Under the pieces are notes generated by a model. It searched no databases. It was not told where the DNA came from and saw nothing but the letters and a program-made list of their open reading frames with translations. A program made the position numbers and the translations under genes. 64,000 nucleotides of DNA. Source: Brevibacterium luteolum. GTDB lineage: Bacteria > Actinomycetota > Actinomycetes > Actinomycetales > Brevibacteriaceae. Below are positions 27,680 to 37,136 of the stretch, in pieces (position 1 is the first letter of the stretch; every line of letters begins with the position of its first letter). The stretch is from assembly GCF_013004595.1 (NCBI RefSeq), contig NZ_JABEMC010000001.1, positions 62,001-126,000 on the forward strand. Reading direction: 5' to 3'.

Positions 27680-27982
27680 TCAGCTGCCGGTGCGCTGCTT
27701 GAACTCGACCTCGACGAAGGCGCATTCGGTGTCGGACTTGTTGATGACGTTGTGCTCGCTGCCGACCGGGCGGGTGTAGCTGGCGCCGGGGACGAGCACG
27801 TTCTCGAACGTCTCCTCCGGTGTCACCACCGTCAGCGTGCCCGGTTCGGTCGGCACGACGACATAGTCCATCTCATGAACGTGCATCGTCGTCTCGGATC
27901 CGGGCGGGAAGCGCCATTCGGTCACGCGGGTGAACTCGTTGTCGATCTGGACGGTCGCAATCGCCTGGGTGTACTCGCTCAT
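27680..27982 (-). CDS. Cupin-domain protein (BauB-like)
   Basis: QIDN..RVTEWRFPPG...HVHEMDYVVVP...GSEHNVIN...FVEVE. Confidence 0.8.
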   Translation of the reverse strand: MSEYTQAIATVQIDNEFTRVTEWRFPPGSETTMHVHEMDYVVVPTEPGTLTVVTPEETFENVLVPGASYTRPVGSEHNVINKSDTECAFVEVEFKQRTGS

Positions 27983-28048
27983 GCAAACAGCATAGCCGCG
28001 GGCGCATGCGATCATGCGTCCGCGGCCATGGCTGCGATCGGGCGGGAC

Positions 28049-31000
28049 TCAGCCCATGAGGTCGTGTGCGAGCTCGTGGAAGTCGCTGCTCGGATTGCCG
28101 AACCGGTGCAGCGTCATCGAGATCGCCTGTTCGTGGACGTAGTAGCGCTGCTCGACGCGGGCTGAGCTCACGACGTCCTGGTCGATGAGCGCGACCTCGG
28201 GACGGTCGACGGTCGCCTCCCGCAGCTCCGGTTCGACCGAGCCGACGATCCGGATCCGGGCGCCGACGGTGTCGTCGTAGTTGCCATCCGCCACGGCGGA
28301 AGCGAACGCGTCGGCGGTCTCGACTGCCACCTCGGTCTCAGTGTCCGTCGCCGAGGTGGTGCTCGCCTGGAGTGCGTCGCGGGCGGCTTCGACGAGCTCG
28401 TCGGAGCAGTCGGGGTGGACCGAGACGAGCAGCGGGGCGCCGACGGTCCGGCCGGCATGGGCGGTGCGGCGCACATGGTCGCCCACGGCATCGGGAGTCA
28501 CGCGGATGGTGACTGGACGGGGCAGGTGGCGGAAGATGTTGGCCTCAGCCTGCAGATCGGTCGGGTCGGCCGGCTTGCCGAAGAACTCCCGGTAGACCTT
28601 CTCATCATCGCCGTAGGCCTTCGCCAGCCAGTCCGAACCGGTGCCGGCGGTCGCGTGCGCGTCGCCGGGCAGCTCGGCATCGCGCCAGTCGCCGAAGAGC
28701 ATGAGGTAGTTCGGTCCGCCGGCCTTCGAGCCGAGACCCACCGAGGACAGCTTCCAGCCGCCGAAGGGCTGACGGCGCACGATCGCGCCGGTGATGCCGC
28801 GGTTGACGTAGACGTTGCCGGCCTCGACCTCGTCGAGCCACTGGGCGACCTCGGAGGTGTCGAGTGAGTGGATGCCGGCGGTCAGGCCGAAGTCGACGGC
28901 GTTCTGCAGCTCAAGGGCCTCATCGAGGTCCTTCGCATGCATGAGGCCGAGCACCGGGCCGAAGCATTCGGTGAGGTGGAAGAACGAACCGGGCTTGACG
29001 CCGTCCTTGACGCCGGGGCTCCACAGCCGGCCGGAGTCATCGAGCATCTTCGGCTCGACCAGCCACGACTCACCCTCATCGAGCTGGGTGAGGGCACGTT
29101 CGAGCTTCTCGGAGGGCGCTTCGGTCAGCGGGCCCATCTCGGCGAAGAGGTTGGTCGGGTAGTCGACGACCATCGAGGAGGCGGCGTCGACGATCTGCCG
29201 GCGGTAGCGTTCGGAGTCGTACACCGAGCCGACGAGGATGCCCAGCGATGCCGCCGAGCACTTCTGCCCGGCGTGGCCGAACGCGGAGGCCACGAGGTCG
29301 GCGACGGCGAGATCGCGGTCGGCGGCCGGGGTGATGACCAGAGCGTTCTTGCCCGAGGTCTCGGCGTTGATCTCGAGTTCGGGGTTGAAGCTCTTGAACA
29401 GCGAGGCCGTCTCCGAGGCACCGGTGAGGATGACGCGGTCGACGTCGGGGTGGGCGAGCAGCGCCTTGCCGATGTCGCCCTCGCTCGGGGCGACGATCTG
29501 CAGCACCTCGCGCGGCACACCGGCCTGCCACAGGCAGTCGACGAGTAGGGCCGAGCAGTGCGGGGTCGGTGAGGACGGCTTGTGGATGACCGAGGCGCCG
29601 GCGGCCAGTGCGGCGACGGTCGAACCGGTCGGGATCGCGACCGGGAAGTTCCACGGCGGTGTCACGACGACGAGCTCATCGGGTTCGAACCGGGCGCCGG
29701 CGATCTGCTCGAGTTCGAGGGCCTGGCCGGCGTAGTAGCGGATGAAGTCGATCGCCTCGGAGACCTCCGGGTCGGACTGCGCGAAGGTCTTGCCGGCCTC
29801 GGCGGCCATTGTGGTGAGGAACTCCCCGCGGCGGTTGGCGAAGATGTCGGCGGCAGCCAGCAGGATCTGCCCGCGGCCGGCGGCACCGAGCTCCCGCCAG
29901 CCGCTCGCAGCGGCCTTGCCCGCAGCGATCCGGGACTCCATATCGGCAACCGACTCCACCGCCTCGGGAGCGGGGCGGCCCTGAAGCCAGTCACCGGCGC
30001 GCACCGGTTCGATGAGCTGCTCGGCCCAGCGCTGATTGGCCGGCAGTGCCGGGTCGGTGTCGGGTTCGTTGACGAACTCGCCGAGGCGGTGGTCGCCGGC
30101 GTACTCCTGGGTGCGGTCCTGCGTGCGGTTCGGGCGCGGGGCCGTCTCACCGTCAGCGGCGAGGATCTCCTTGAGATCGTCGACGGCGGCGCGGAAGCGC
30201 TCCTCTTCCTGGCGGAAGGCGGCGTTGCCGTTGCGCAGCTCGAAGATCGTCGACATGAAGTTCTCCGCAGACGAGTTCTCCTCCAGGCGGCGGACGAGGT
30301 AGGAGATCGCGACGTCGAACTCAGCCGGGTGGACGGCCGGTACGTAGAGCAGCAGCTGGCCGACATCGGCGCTGATCGCCGCCGACTGTTCGGTCGCCAT
30401 GCCCTGCAGCATCTCGAACTCGACCCGGTCGGCGACCCCGCGCGACAGGGACAGCTCGTGGGCGAAGGCGATGTCGAAGAGGTTGTGGCCGGCCACGCCG
30501 ATGCGCAGCCCGGTCATCCGCTCGCGCTGGAACAGCCAGTGCAGCACGCGCTTGTAGTTGGCGTCGGTGGCCTCCTTCGACGGGCAGGTCGTCAGCGGCC
30601 AGCCGGCGATCTCAGCATGCACCTGCTCCATCGGCAGGTTCGCGCCCTTGACGAGGCGGACCTTGATGCCGGCCCCGCCGTCGGCGACGCGCTCATCGGC
30701 GAAGGCGGCCAGGCGCTGCATGGCGGCCAGCGCATCGGGTAGGTAGGCCTGCAGCACGATGCCGGCTTCGAGGTGCTTGAGCTCCGGTTCGCTCAGCAGG
30801 CGGGTGAAGACCTCCAGGGTGATCTCCAGGTCGCCGTACTCCTCCATGTCGAGGTTGATGAACTTCGAACCGGCCGGGGCCTTGGCGGCCTCGCGGTAGA
30901 GCGGGCGCAGCCGGTCGAGGACGTACTCGACGGTGTCCTCGAAGGCCCACAGATTGATCTGCGAGGCGATCGAGGAGGCCTTGATGGAGACGTAGTCAAC

Positions 31001-31519
31001 GTCATCGCGGGCGAGCAGCTCGTGGGTGCGCTCCAGGTGGCGGTCAGCCTCCTCATCACCGAGGACAGCCTCGCCGAGCAGGTTGATGTTGAGACGGTGC
31101 CCGTCAGCGGTGAGCGTGGCAACGGCCTTGCCGAGCTGCTCAGGCCGGGCGTCGACGATCATGTGCCCGACCATCGAGCGCAGGCGGGCCCGGGCGGCGG
31201 GCACGACGACCTGCGGAGCGATGGGGGCGAGTGCCGAACCGGCCTTGATCTGGGCGCGGTCGAGAGCCGAGATCGTCGCCGGTGCCATCGCTGCGACCTC
31301 GCGCAGCGCTTGGGCGGCGGAGTGGGAGTCCTCGGTGCGGATGACGCGGTCGACGAAGCCGACGGTGAAGTCCAGGCCCTTGGGGTCGGACAGGATCGCG
31401 GCGAGCCGTTCGGCGGCCGGGTCCTTGGCCGCAGGCGTGCCGGCCGAGATCCGCAGCCACCGGCGCACGCGGTCGACGGCGGCCTCGGTGATGGCCGTGA
31501 GATTGGTGTCCTCGATCAT
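28049..31519 (-). CDS. putA: Bifunctional proline dehydrogenase / P5C dehydrogenase
   Basis: NLLGEAVLG, NLDMEEY, RLVKGAN, YLVRRLEEN; ALDH motifs PPWNFP, AETSGKN, AGQKCSA, QPFGGWK. Confidence 0.95.
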   Translation of the reverse strand: MIEDTNLTAITEAAVDRVRRWLRISAGTPAAKDPAAERLAAILSDPKGLDFTVGFVDRVIRTEDSHSAAQALREVAAMAPATISALDRAQIKAGSALAPIAPQVVVPAARARLRSMVGHMIVDARPEQLGKAVATLTADGHRLNINLLGEAVLGDEEADRHLERTHELLARDDVDYVSIKASSIASQINLWAFEDTVEYVLDRLRPLYREAAKAPAGSKFINLDMEEYGDLEITLEVFTRLLSEPELKHLEAGIVLQAYLPDALAAMQRLAAFADERVADGGAGIKVRLVKGANLPMEQVHAEIAGWPLTTCPSKEATDANYKRVLHWLFQRERMTGLRIGVAGHNLFDIAFAHELSLSRGVADRVEFEMLQGMATEQSAAISADVGQLLLYVPAVHPAEFDVAISYLVRRLEENSSAENFMSTIFELRNGNAAFRQEEERFRAAVDDLKEILAADGETAPRPNRTQDRTQEYAGDHRLGEFVNEPDTDPALPANQRWAEQLIEPVRAGDWLQGRPAPEAVESVADMESRIAAGKAAASGWRELGAAGRGQILLAAADIFANRRGEFLTTMAAEAGKTFAQSDPEVSEAIDFIRYYAGQALELEQIAGARFEPDELVVVTPPWNFPVAIPTGSTVAALAAGASVIHKPSSPTPHCSALLVDCLWQAGVPREVLQIVAPSEGDIGKALLAHPDVDRVILTGASETASLFKSFNPELEINAETSGKNALVITPAADRDLAVADLVASAFGHAGQKCSAASLGILVGSVYDSERYRRQIVDAASSMVVDYPTNLFAEMGPLTEAPSEKLERALTQLDEGESWLVEPKMLDDSGRLWSPGVKDGVKPGSFFHLTECFGPVLGLMHAKDLDEALELQNAVDFGLTAGIHSLDTSEVAQWLDEVEAGNVYVNRGITGAIVRRQPFGGWKLSSVGLGSKAGGPNYLMLFGDWRDAELPGDAHATAGTGSDWLAKAYGDDEKVYREFFGKPADPTDLQAEANIFRHLPRPVTIRVTPDAVGDHVRRTAHAGRTVGAPLLVSVHPDCSDELVEAARDALQASTTSATDTETEVAVETADAFASAVADGNYDDTVGARIRIVGSVEPELREATVDRPEVALIDQDVVSSARVEQRYYVHEQAISMTLHRFGNPSSDFHELAHDLMG

Positions 31520-31665
31520 GGTGCCTCCTTGCCAGGCTGCCCCAGGCAGCCGAACCGAGCGATATGCCCTGCGGCGTCCTGCCGCGTGTGCGCCCAGTAT
31601 GCGGTCGGCCCGCCGGCCACGTCATGCATCTCACATCGATCTGCCATACTGATGAGTCAGAAGTA

Positions 31666-33330
31666 TTGACTGTTCCCGAGGAGGTGGTCGCTGTGGCAGG
31701 ACGCGCGGTGCCCACCGAGGTGCGCCTGCACGCTGTCGAGCAGGTGCTGGCCGGGACGTCCGTCGCCGAGGCAGCTGCAGGCAGTGGAGTCTCGGCCGCC
31801 TCCGTGCGGCGCTGGGTGCGACGCTGGCAGGAATCCGATCCCTCACTGCCAGCAGACAAGCGGCTGGCCGACCGGCCGCGCAGCGGCCGGCCGGCCGTGC
31901 AGGCCACTGCTGATCAGGTGGTGGCCGCGATCCTCGCCGGTGCTGGAGCACGGATCGATGCCCGGGCCTATTCGACGCGCGGGATCGCGGAGATGACCGG
32001 GCTGAGCCAGCCGATCGTCAGCCGTGCCGTCTCCCGCTTCACACCCTTTGCACAGTCGCGCGCTGAGGAGTCCCGGTCTGTGCTGCGCCTGGAGGCCTGC
32101 GCTGTCGGGTTCCCGCTGGCCGTCATCACCGCCAGCCGGCTTTCGCGCTCAGCCCGCATCTCCACCCGCGGGCCCCGGGCTCGATCGCGGCGGGCGGCCA
32201 GTGTGACCGCCGGGATGCACGCGGCAGGGCTGGCCGCCTGGGCGCGGCGTCCAGCAGCCGAATCCCGGTTCGGGCCCGTCACCCGGGCGCTCACCGCCGC
32301 TGCCGAGGTGCCTGCCGACCGCGTTCTCATCTTCGACCCGCTCGCCGTTGTGGCGGGCGACGACAGCCGCCTCTCGCCAGCGGCATGGCGGGATGCCGAG
32401 ATCGCACACATCACCGACCTGGAGGAGTTCAGCACCCGGCTGCGAGCACTGCTGGCCGACTGCGCCGACGTGCCCGGCGACCTGCTCGATGCCCTGGCCC
32501 AGCAGGTCACCCGCGGCCTGGAAGGTCTCGCCTGGATCGCCGGAACCAGGCCAGCAGATCACAAGAGTTCTGAATCGAAAGACCGGGGTTCTGGCGCTGG
32601 CGATGCTGCTGGTCTGCCGGCTCCGAATGTGTCGGCCTGGCTGCCGCGCGAACAGCCCTCCCTGACCGAGCAGCTCGCCCTCGCACTGCGCGAGGAGATC
32701 ATCGACTCCGGTTACACCGTCGGTGACCGGATCCGCCCAGCCCAGCTGGCCTCCCGCCTCGGGATCGGCAGAGCGGCTGTCGACGTGCCGCTGCGGCGCA
32801 TGGTCGATGACGTGCTGCTCGACGGCTCGCATGGTGATGTGCGCATCCCAGTCATCACCTCACGCGATGTGCTCGACGTCTACGCCAGCCGGCAGGCACT
32901 GGGCATCGTGCTGCTGCGCAATCTGGCCACCCGCCCGCGCCGCGACCTTGTGCCCGTCCGGCATGCCCTCGACCGGATCCCGGCCGTCGCCCGGCTCGGA
33001 CTGCGCACCGGGCTCAGCGTCGGCGATGCCGATCTGCGCTTCCAGCAGGAATTCGCCCGCGCAGCAGGACTCGCCCAGACCGCCCGCACCTTCGAAGCGC
33101 TCATCCTCCGGCTGCGGCTCTACATCTCGGTGCTGCGCGTCGACTACTCGCCGGCCGCACGGCGCATCATCTACGACAACACCCGCATCGTCGAGGCCCT
33201 CGAACGCGGGGACGCAGACTCAGCGATCGACGCCTGGCGCGGCAAACTCGACAACGCCGTCAGACACATGGCCGGAATAGTCCAGCACCGCAGCTTCGAC
33301 ATCGGCCTGTGGGCGCGGCTGACCGGCTGA
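31666..33330 (+). CDS. GntR/FCD regulator fused to an N-terminal IS630-transposase-like region (start uncertain)
   Basis: N-terminal HTH + DRPRSGRP + second HTH (YSTRGIAEMTGLSQ); C-terminal GntR HTH (SLTEQLALALREEI) and FCD. Confidence 0.75.
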   Translation: MTVPEEVVAVAGRAVPTEVRLHAVEQVLAGTSVAEAAAGSGVSAASVRRWVRRWQESDPSLPADKRLADRPRSGRPAVQATADQVVAAILAGAGARIDARAYSTRGIAEMTGLSQPIVSRAVSRFTPFAQSRAEESRSVLRLEACAVGFPLAVITASRLSRSARISTRGPRARSRRAASVTAGMHAAGLAAWARRPAAESRFGPVTRALTAAAEVPADRVLIFDPLAVVAGDDSRLSPAAWRDAEIAHITDLEEFSTRLRALLADCADVPGDLLDALAQQVTRGLEGLAWIAGTRPADHKSSESKDRGSGAGDAAGLPAPNVSAWLPREQPSLTEQLALALREEIIDSGYTVGDRIRPAQLASRLGIGRAAVDVPLRRMVDDVLLDGSHGDVRIPVITSRDVLDVYASRQALGIVLLRNLATRPRRDLVPVRHALDRIPAVARLGLRTGLSVGDADLRFQQEFARAAGLAQTARTFEALILRLRLYISVLRVDYSPAARRIIYDNTRIVEALERGDADSAIDAWRGKLDNAVRHMAGIVQHRSFDIGLWARLTG

Positions 33331-33419
33331 CGGCTGATGAGACGCCGGCCACATTCGCTGGCACAATGGCTACGGTGATCGCCAGCGACCCGGCAGGCAA
33401 GCCGGAGGACGGAGCAGAG

Positions 33420-35417
33420 ATGAGCCCAGAGACCAACGGCGGTGACGCTGTGCTGTGGACGCCGCCGCGTGAGCGGGTGGAAGCCAGCCGAATGTATGAC
33501 TACCAGCGGTGGCTGGCACGCGCCCGCGGAGTCGAGACCCGCGGCTACCGGCAGCTGCACGACTGGTCGGTGCGTGAGCTCGACGCGTTCTGGGACAGCA
33601 TCTGGGAGTACTTCGACGTCATCGGCGACCGCGGCGACGGCCCCGTGCGCACAGGGACGAAGATGCCCGACATCACCTGGTTCGCCGGAGCAACGTGCAA
33701 CTACGCCGAGAACATCTTCCGCCGCGTGCACACCCGCCCGGACGTTGAGGCGCTGGTCGGGCTGCATGAGGATGAGCGCCGCGAGTCGTTGACCTGGCGC
33801 GAGCTCGCCGGACGCGTCGGGGCGCTGGCCGCCTGGCTGCGCGAACACGACGTGAAGCCAGGCGACACCGTGTGTGCGGTGCTGCCGAACATCCCGCAGG
33901 CCGTCGAGGCGATGCTCGCCTGCGCGACCGTCGGCGCTGTGTGGTCGGTCGTCGGCCCGGACTTCGGGCTCACCGGCATTGCCGATCGCTTCGCCCAGCT
34001 GGAGGCGAAGGTCCTCATCACCGTCGACGGATACCTCTTCAACGGCAAGCACCTCGACATGCGCTCGATCGTGCCCGATCTGCGTCAGGCGCTGCCGAGC
34101 ATCGAACACCACATCCTCATCGACCAGCTCGGCGACGAGCTCGAAGCCCGTGAGCTGGCCGAGGGGACCACACTGCACTCGGCGATCGTCGCGGACCCGG
34201 TCGATCCGGTTTTCGAGCCCGTCGACTTCTCCCACCCACTGTGGGTGCTGTACTCCTCGGGCACGACGGGTAAGCCGAAGGGCATCGTCCACGGCCATGG
34301 CGGAGTGACGATCGAAGCGCTCAAGGCCAACGCGCTGCAGTACGACTTCACTTCAGATGATCGCTGCTATATGGCAGTGGCGACGACGTGGGTGGTGTGG
34401 AACCTGCTCGTCAACATCATGACCGTCGGAGCAACGATCATCACCTATGACGGGTCCCCCGTCGCCGGTGTGCCGGACAAGCAGTTCGAGATCCTCGAAC
34501 GCGAACGCGCCACCTCATTCGGCACCGGGGCGGCGATCCTCACCCTCGTGCAGAAATCGGGGCTGTCACCGGCAGCCCGCTACAACCTCTCCGCTCTGCG
34601 CAAGATCCTCTCGACCGGATCTCCGCTGCCGGAGAGCACCTGGGACTGGATCTACCAGCACGTCCACGACGACATCCACCTGGGATCCGACTCCGGCGGC
34701 ACCGACATAGCCTCCGGGTTCATCGGCTCGAACCCGTATGACCCGGTGGTCCGTGGGCACCTGCAAGGCGCCTACCTCGGCGTCGACGCGCAGGCCTTCG
34801 ACTCCCATGGCCAGCCGGTCGTCGGTGAGCTCGGCGAGTTCGTCGTCACGCAGCCGATGCCTTCGATGCCGGTGTTCTTCTGGAACGACCCGGACGGCAG
34901 CCGTTACCGCGAGGCCTACTTCGACGCGTTCCCCGGAGTGTGGCGCCACGGTGACTGGGTCACCCACTTCGACGACGGCAGCTTCATCATCCACGGCCGT
35001 TCGGACTCGACGATCAACCGCGGTGGCATCCGGATGGGCTCAGCCGACATCTGCCAGGTCGTCGATGCCGTCGACGGCGTGCAGTCCTCGATGGTCATCG
35101 GTGCTGAGCTGGGTGACGGTGACTATTACATGCCGCTGTTCGTCGTCCCGGCGGTAGGACACACGCTGACCGATGAACTGCGTGCCACGATCGTGACAGC
35201 CATCCGCGAGCAGATCTCCCCGCGCTACGTGCCCGACGAGATCATCGAAGCCCCAGCCGTGCCGACAACCCGCACCGGCAAGGTGATGGAAGTGCCGATC
35301 AAGCGGATCTTCCAGGGCGCTGCTCCTGAGTCGATCAACCGGGCGACCGCGGCCGAACCGCAGGTGCTCGACTGGTATATCGAACGAGCCTCTGCCTTCG
35401 CCCGCGATCGCCGCTGA
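33420..35417 (+). CDS. Acetoacetate-CoA ligase
   Basis: LYSSGTTGKPKGIVHGHGG, SGGTDI, WRHGDW, GRSDSTINRGGIRMG, GKVMEVPIK. Confidence 0.92.
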   Translation: MSPETNGGDAVLWTPPRERVEASRMYDYQRWLARARGVETRGYRQLHDWSVRELDAFWDSIWEYFDVIGDRGDGPVRTGTKMPDITWFAGATCNYAENIFRRVHTRPDVEALVGLHEDERRESLTWRELAGRVGALAAWLREHDVKPGDTVCAVLPNIPQAVEAMLACATVGAVWSVVGPDFGLTGIADRFAQLEAKVLITVDGYLFNGKHLDMRSIVPDLRQALPSIEHHILIDQLGDELEARELAEGTTLHSAIVADPVDPVFEPVDFSHPLWVLYSSGTTGKPKGIVHGHGGVTIEALKANALQYDFTSDDRCYMAVATTWVVWNLLVNIMTVGATIITYDGSPVAGVPDKQFEILERERATSFGTGAAILTLVQKSGLSPAARYNLSALRKILSTGSPLPESTWDWIYQHVHDDIHLGSDSGGTDIASGFIGSNPYDPVVRGHLQGAYLGVDAQAFDSHGQPVVGELGEFVVTQPMPSMPVFFWNDPDGSRYREAYFDAFPGVWRHGDWVTHFDDGSFIIHGRSDSTINRGGIRMGSADICQVVDAVDGVQSSMVIGAELGDGDYYMPLFVVPAVGHTLTDELRATIVTAIREQISPRYVPDEIIEAPAVPTTRTGKVMEVPIKRIFQGAAPESINRATAAEPQVLDWYIERASAFARDRR

Positions 35418-35419
35418 GA

Positions 35420-36925
35420 TCAGTCCTCGCGTTTCAGCCCGCGAGCGACCGTGATCGCTGCGATGCCGCAGCCGAGCAGGAGCAGCGCCGAGCCGAGTGC
35501 TGCGCCGGTGCCGACCGGGCCGGTGCGCGGCAGCTCATCTGAGGTGGGCGCCTCTGCCTGCGGCCGCGTCGTCGGTGGCGGCGGGGGTGCCGCGGTGCGG
35601 TGTTCGGGACTGTCCTCAGGCGGCGTCGTCGGTGCCGGTGGGGGAGGAGTCGTGGAGCTCGGCGGCTGCGTTTCTGCCGGCTGCGTCTGCGTCGGCGGTG
35701 TCTGCGTCTCAGGAGGCTCCTGGGTTTCAGGTGGGGCGGTCGTCTCAGGTGCCGGCGTCGTCTCCTGCGGGGGTTCCTGCGTCGGAGGCGGTTCGGTGGC
35801 AGGCGGTGATTCGATCGGCGGGACGGTGACGATCGGCGGTGTCATGGGTGGAATCGGGGGAGCGGGTTCGATGGTGTGCTCGGCGCTGGCCGATGCCGTC
35901 GTCGGCTCACCGGCGGTCACGATGCTCTGCACGCGTGCAGCCGGTTCGCCTGTCTGCGGGTCGATCGGGTCGTAGACGATGACATCGGTGGCCGGCAGTC
36001 CGGTCGCGGTGACCGTGACGGCCACCGGTTCGGTGCTCCCGCGGTCGGGCCGGACACTGAAGATCAGTGGTTCGGCAGCCGAACGCAGCTCGGTCTCCTC
36101 GACTGCTCCGCCGGAGACCTCGACCGTCAGCGGAATGTCATCAAGCGTCTCGCCTGAGGCGGACACCACGCTGACCCGAGCCTGAAGCGGACGGTAGAAG
36201 GGACTGCTGCCGGCCTCGGCCGGTTCACCTGCCGGGTCGGTCGCCGGCTGCGGGGTCGCCGGTCCGTCGAGAGCCAGCTCATCGCCTTCCCCTAGGCTCA
36301 GCTCCACCCGGTAGGGTCCCGCCAGGTCAGCGGCGTCCTTCGTGATGTGCGCATACGCCTCGGCCGCCTCGGCGAACTCCGCGCCGAGCTCACCTGGTTC
36401 GGCGGGCGCGATCGCATGATCGTGCTCGAGGTTCTCATCGAGCCGGGCGATGGCCGCCAGCGCCGCCTGGATCCCCGCGTCATCAGCCGAGCTGTGCGCC
36501 GAAAGCGCCCACGCCGTCTCCGCAGACGCCAAAGTCTGCCCGTCGGCCTGTGTGAAGTACTGCGGATACGGCGACTTCAACCCGGCGTCGATGCAGTAGG
36601 CCGCCGCGTGGGACAGCGAACTGCCCGGCAGGGAGAAGTATGCGCCGTACCAGGTGCGCCCGGCAGGAGCGTGATGCCACAGACCAGGTCCATACATGCC
36701 GGCATTCGTGCTGCGGTAGCGCTTCGGCTGCGGGCCGCCGTCGAGTCCGACGTCCGGGCGCAGGTCCGGCGGACCTGACAGGGCAGGCGGCTCTTCACCT
36801 CCGGCCAGGCCGGCAGCCAGCACAGGTGGCGCGGCGGCCACCGGGCCGATGGCAGCCAGAACGGATACGGTCGTCACTGCGGCGGCCCGGCGCAGTTGCC
36901 GGGCGGGAATGCTCACTCGTCTCAT
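35420..36925 (-). CDS. LPXTG-anchored surface protein with probable thioester domain and Pro/Thr stalk
   Basis: Signal peptide, AYCID motif, P/T/E-rich stalk, LPRTG + TM + charged tail. Confidence 0.8.
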   Translation of the reverse strand: MRRVSIPARQLRRAAAVTTVSVLAAIGPVAAAPPVLAAGLAGGEEPPALSGPPDLRPDVGLDGGPQPKRYRSTNAGMYGPGLWHHAPAGRTWYGAYFSLPGSSLSHAAAYCIDAGLKSPYPQYFTQADGQTLASAETAWALSAHSSADDAGIQAALAAIARLDENLEHDHAIAPAEPGELGAEFAEAAEAYAHITKDAADLAGPYRVELSLGEGDELALDGPATPQPATDPAGEPAEAGSSPFYRPLQARVSVVSASGETLDDIPLTVEVSGGAVEETELRSAAEPLIFSVRPDRGSTEPVAVTVTATGLPATDVIVYDPIDPQTGEPAARVQSIVTAGEPTTASASAEHTIEPAPPIPPMTPPIVTVPPIESPPATEPPPTQEPPQETTPAPETTAPPETQEPPETQTPPTQTQPAETQPPSSTTPPPPAPTTPPEDSPEHRTAAPPPPPTTRPQAEAPTSDELPRTGPVGTGAALGSALLLLGCGIAAITVARGLKRED

Positions 36926-37136
36926 GCGCCCAGTCCAGCGGTCGCCTGCCCACGACAGAACACCTCGGGCACGGCTGTGGACACACGCCCACCATCCACA
37001 GCCGCCGCAGCGCGCGAGAGCAGGGCCTCCCCGAGTTCGGAGGCAGCGTGGACGGGGAGTAAACTGCGTGATGATCCTCCAATTATCAGCGGCGTGCCCC
37101 ACAGGGCGGCCTGACCTTACGATCCGAGGGATTTCA

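Noticed and set aside
31666..32560. Active IS630 insertion sequence
   Set aside because: No recognisable DDE triad or terminal inverted repeats; in frame with GntR
36972..37002. ggctgtgga/tccacagcc inverted repeat as DnaA boxes or an origin
   Set aside because: Only partial match to the DnaA box, two copies, and no dnaA context; may be a local operator
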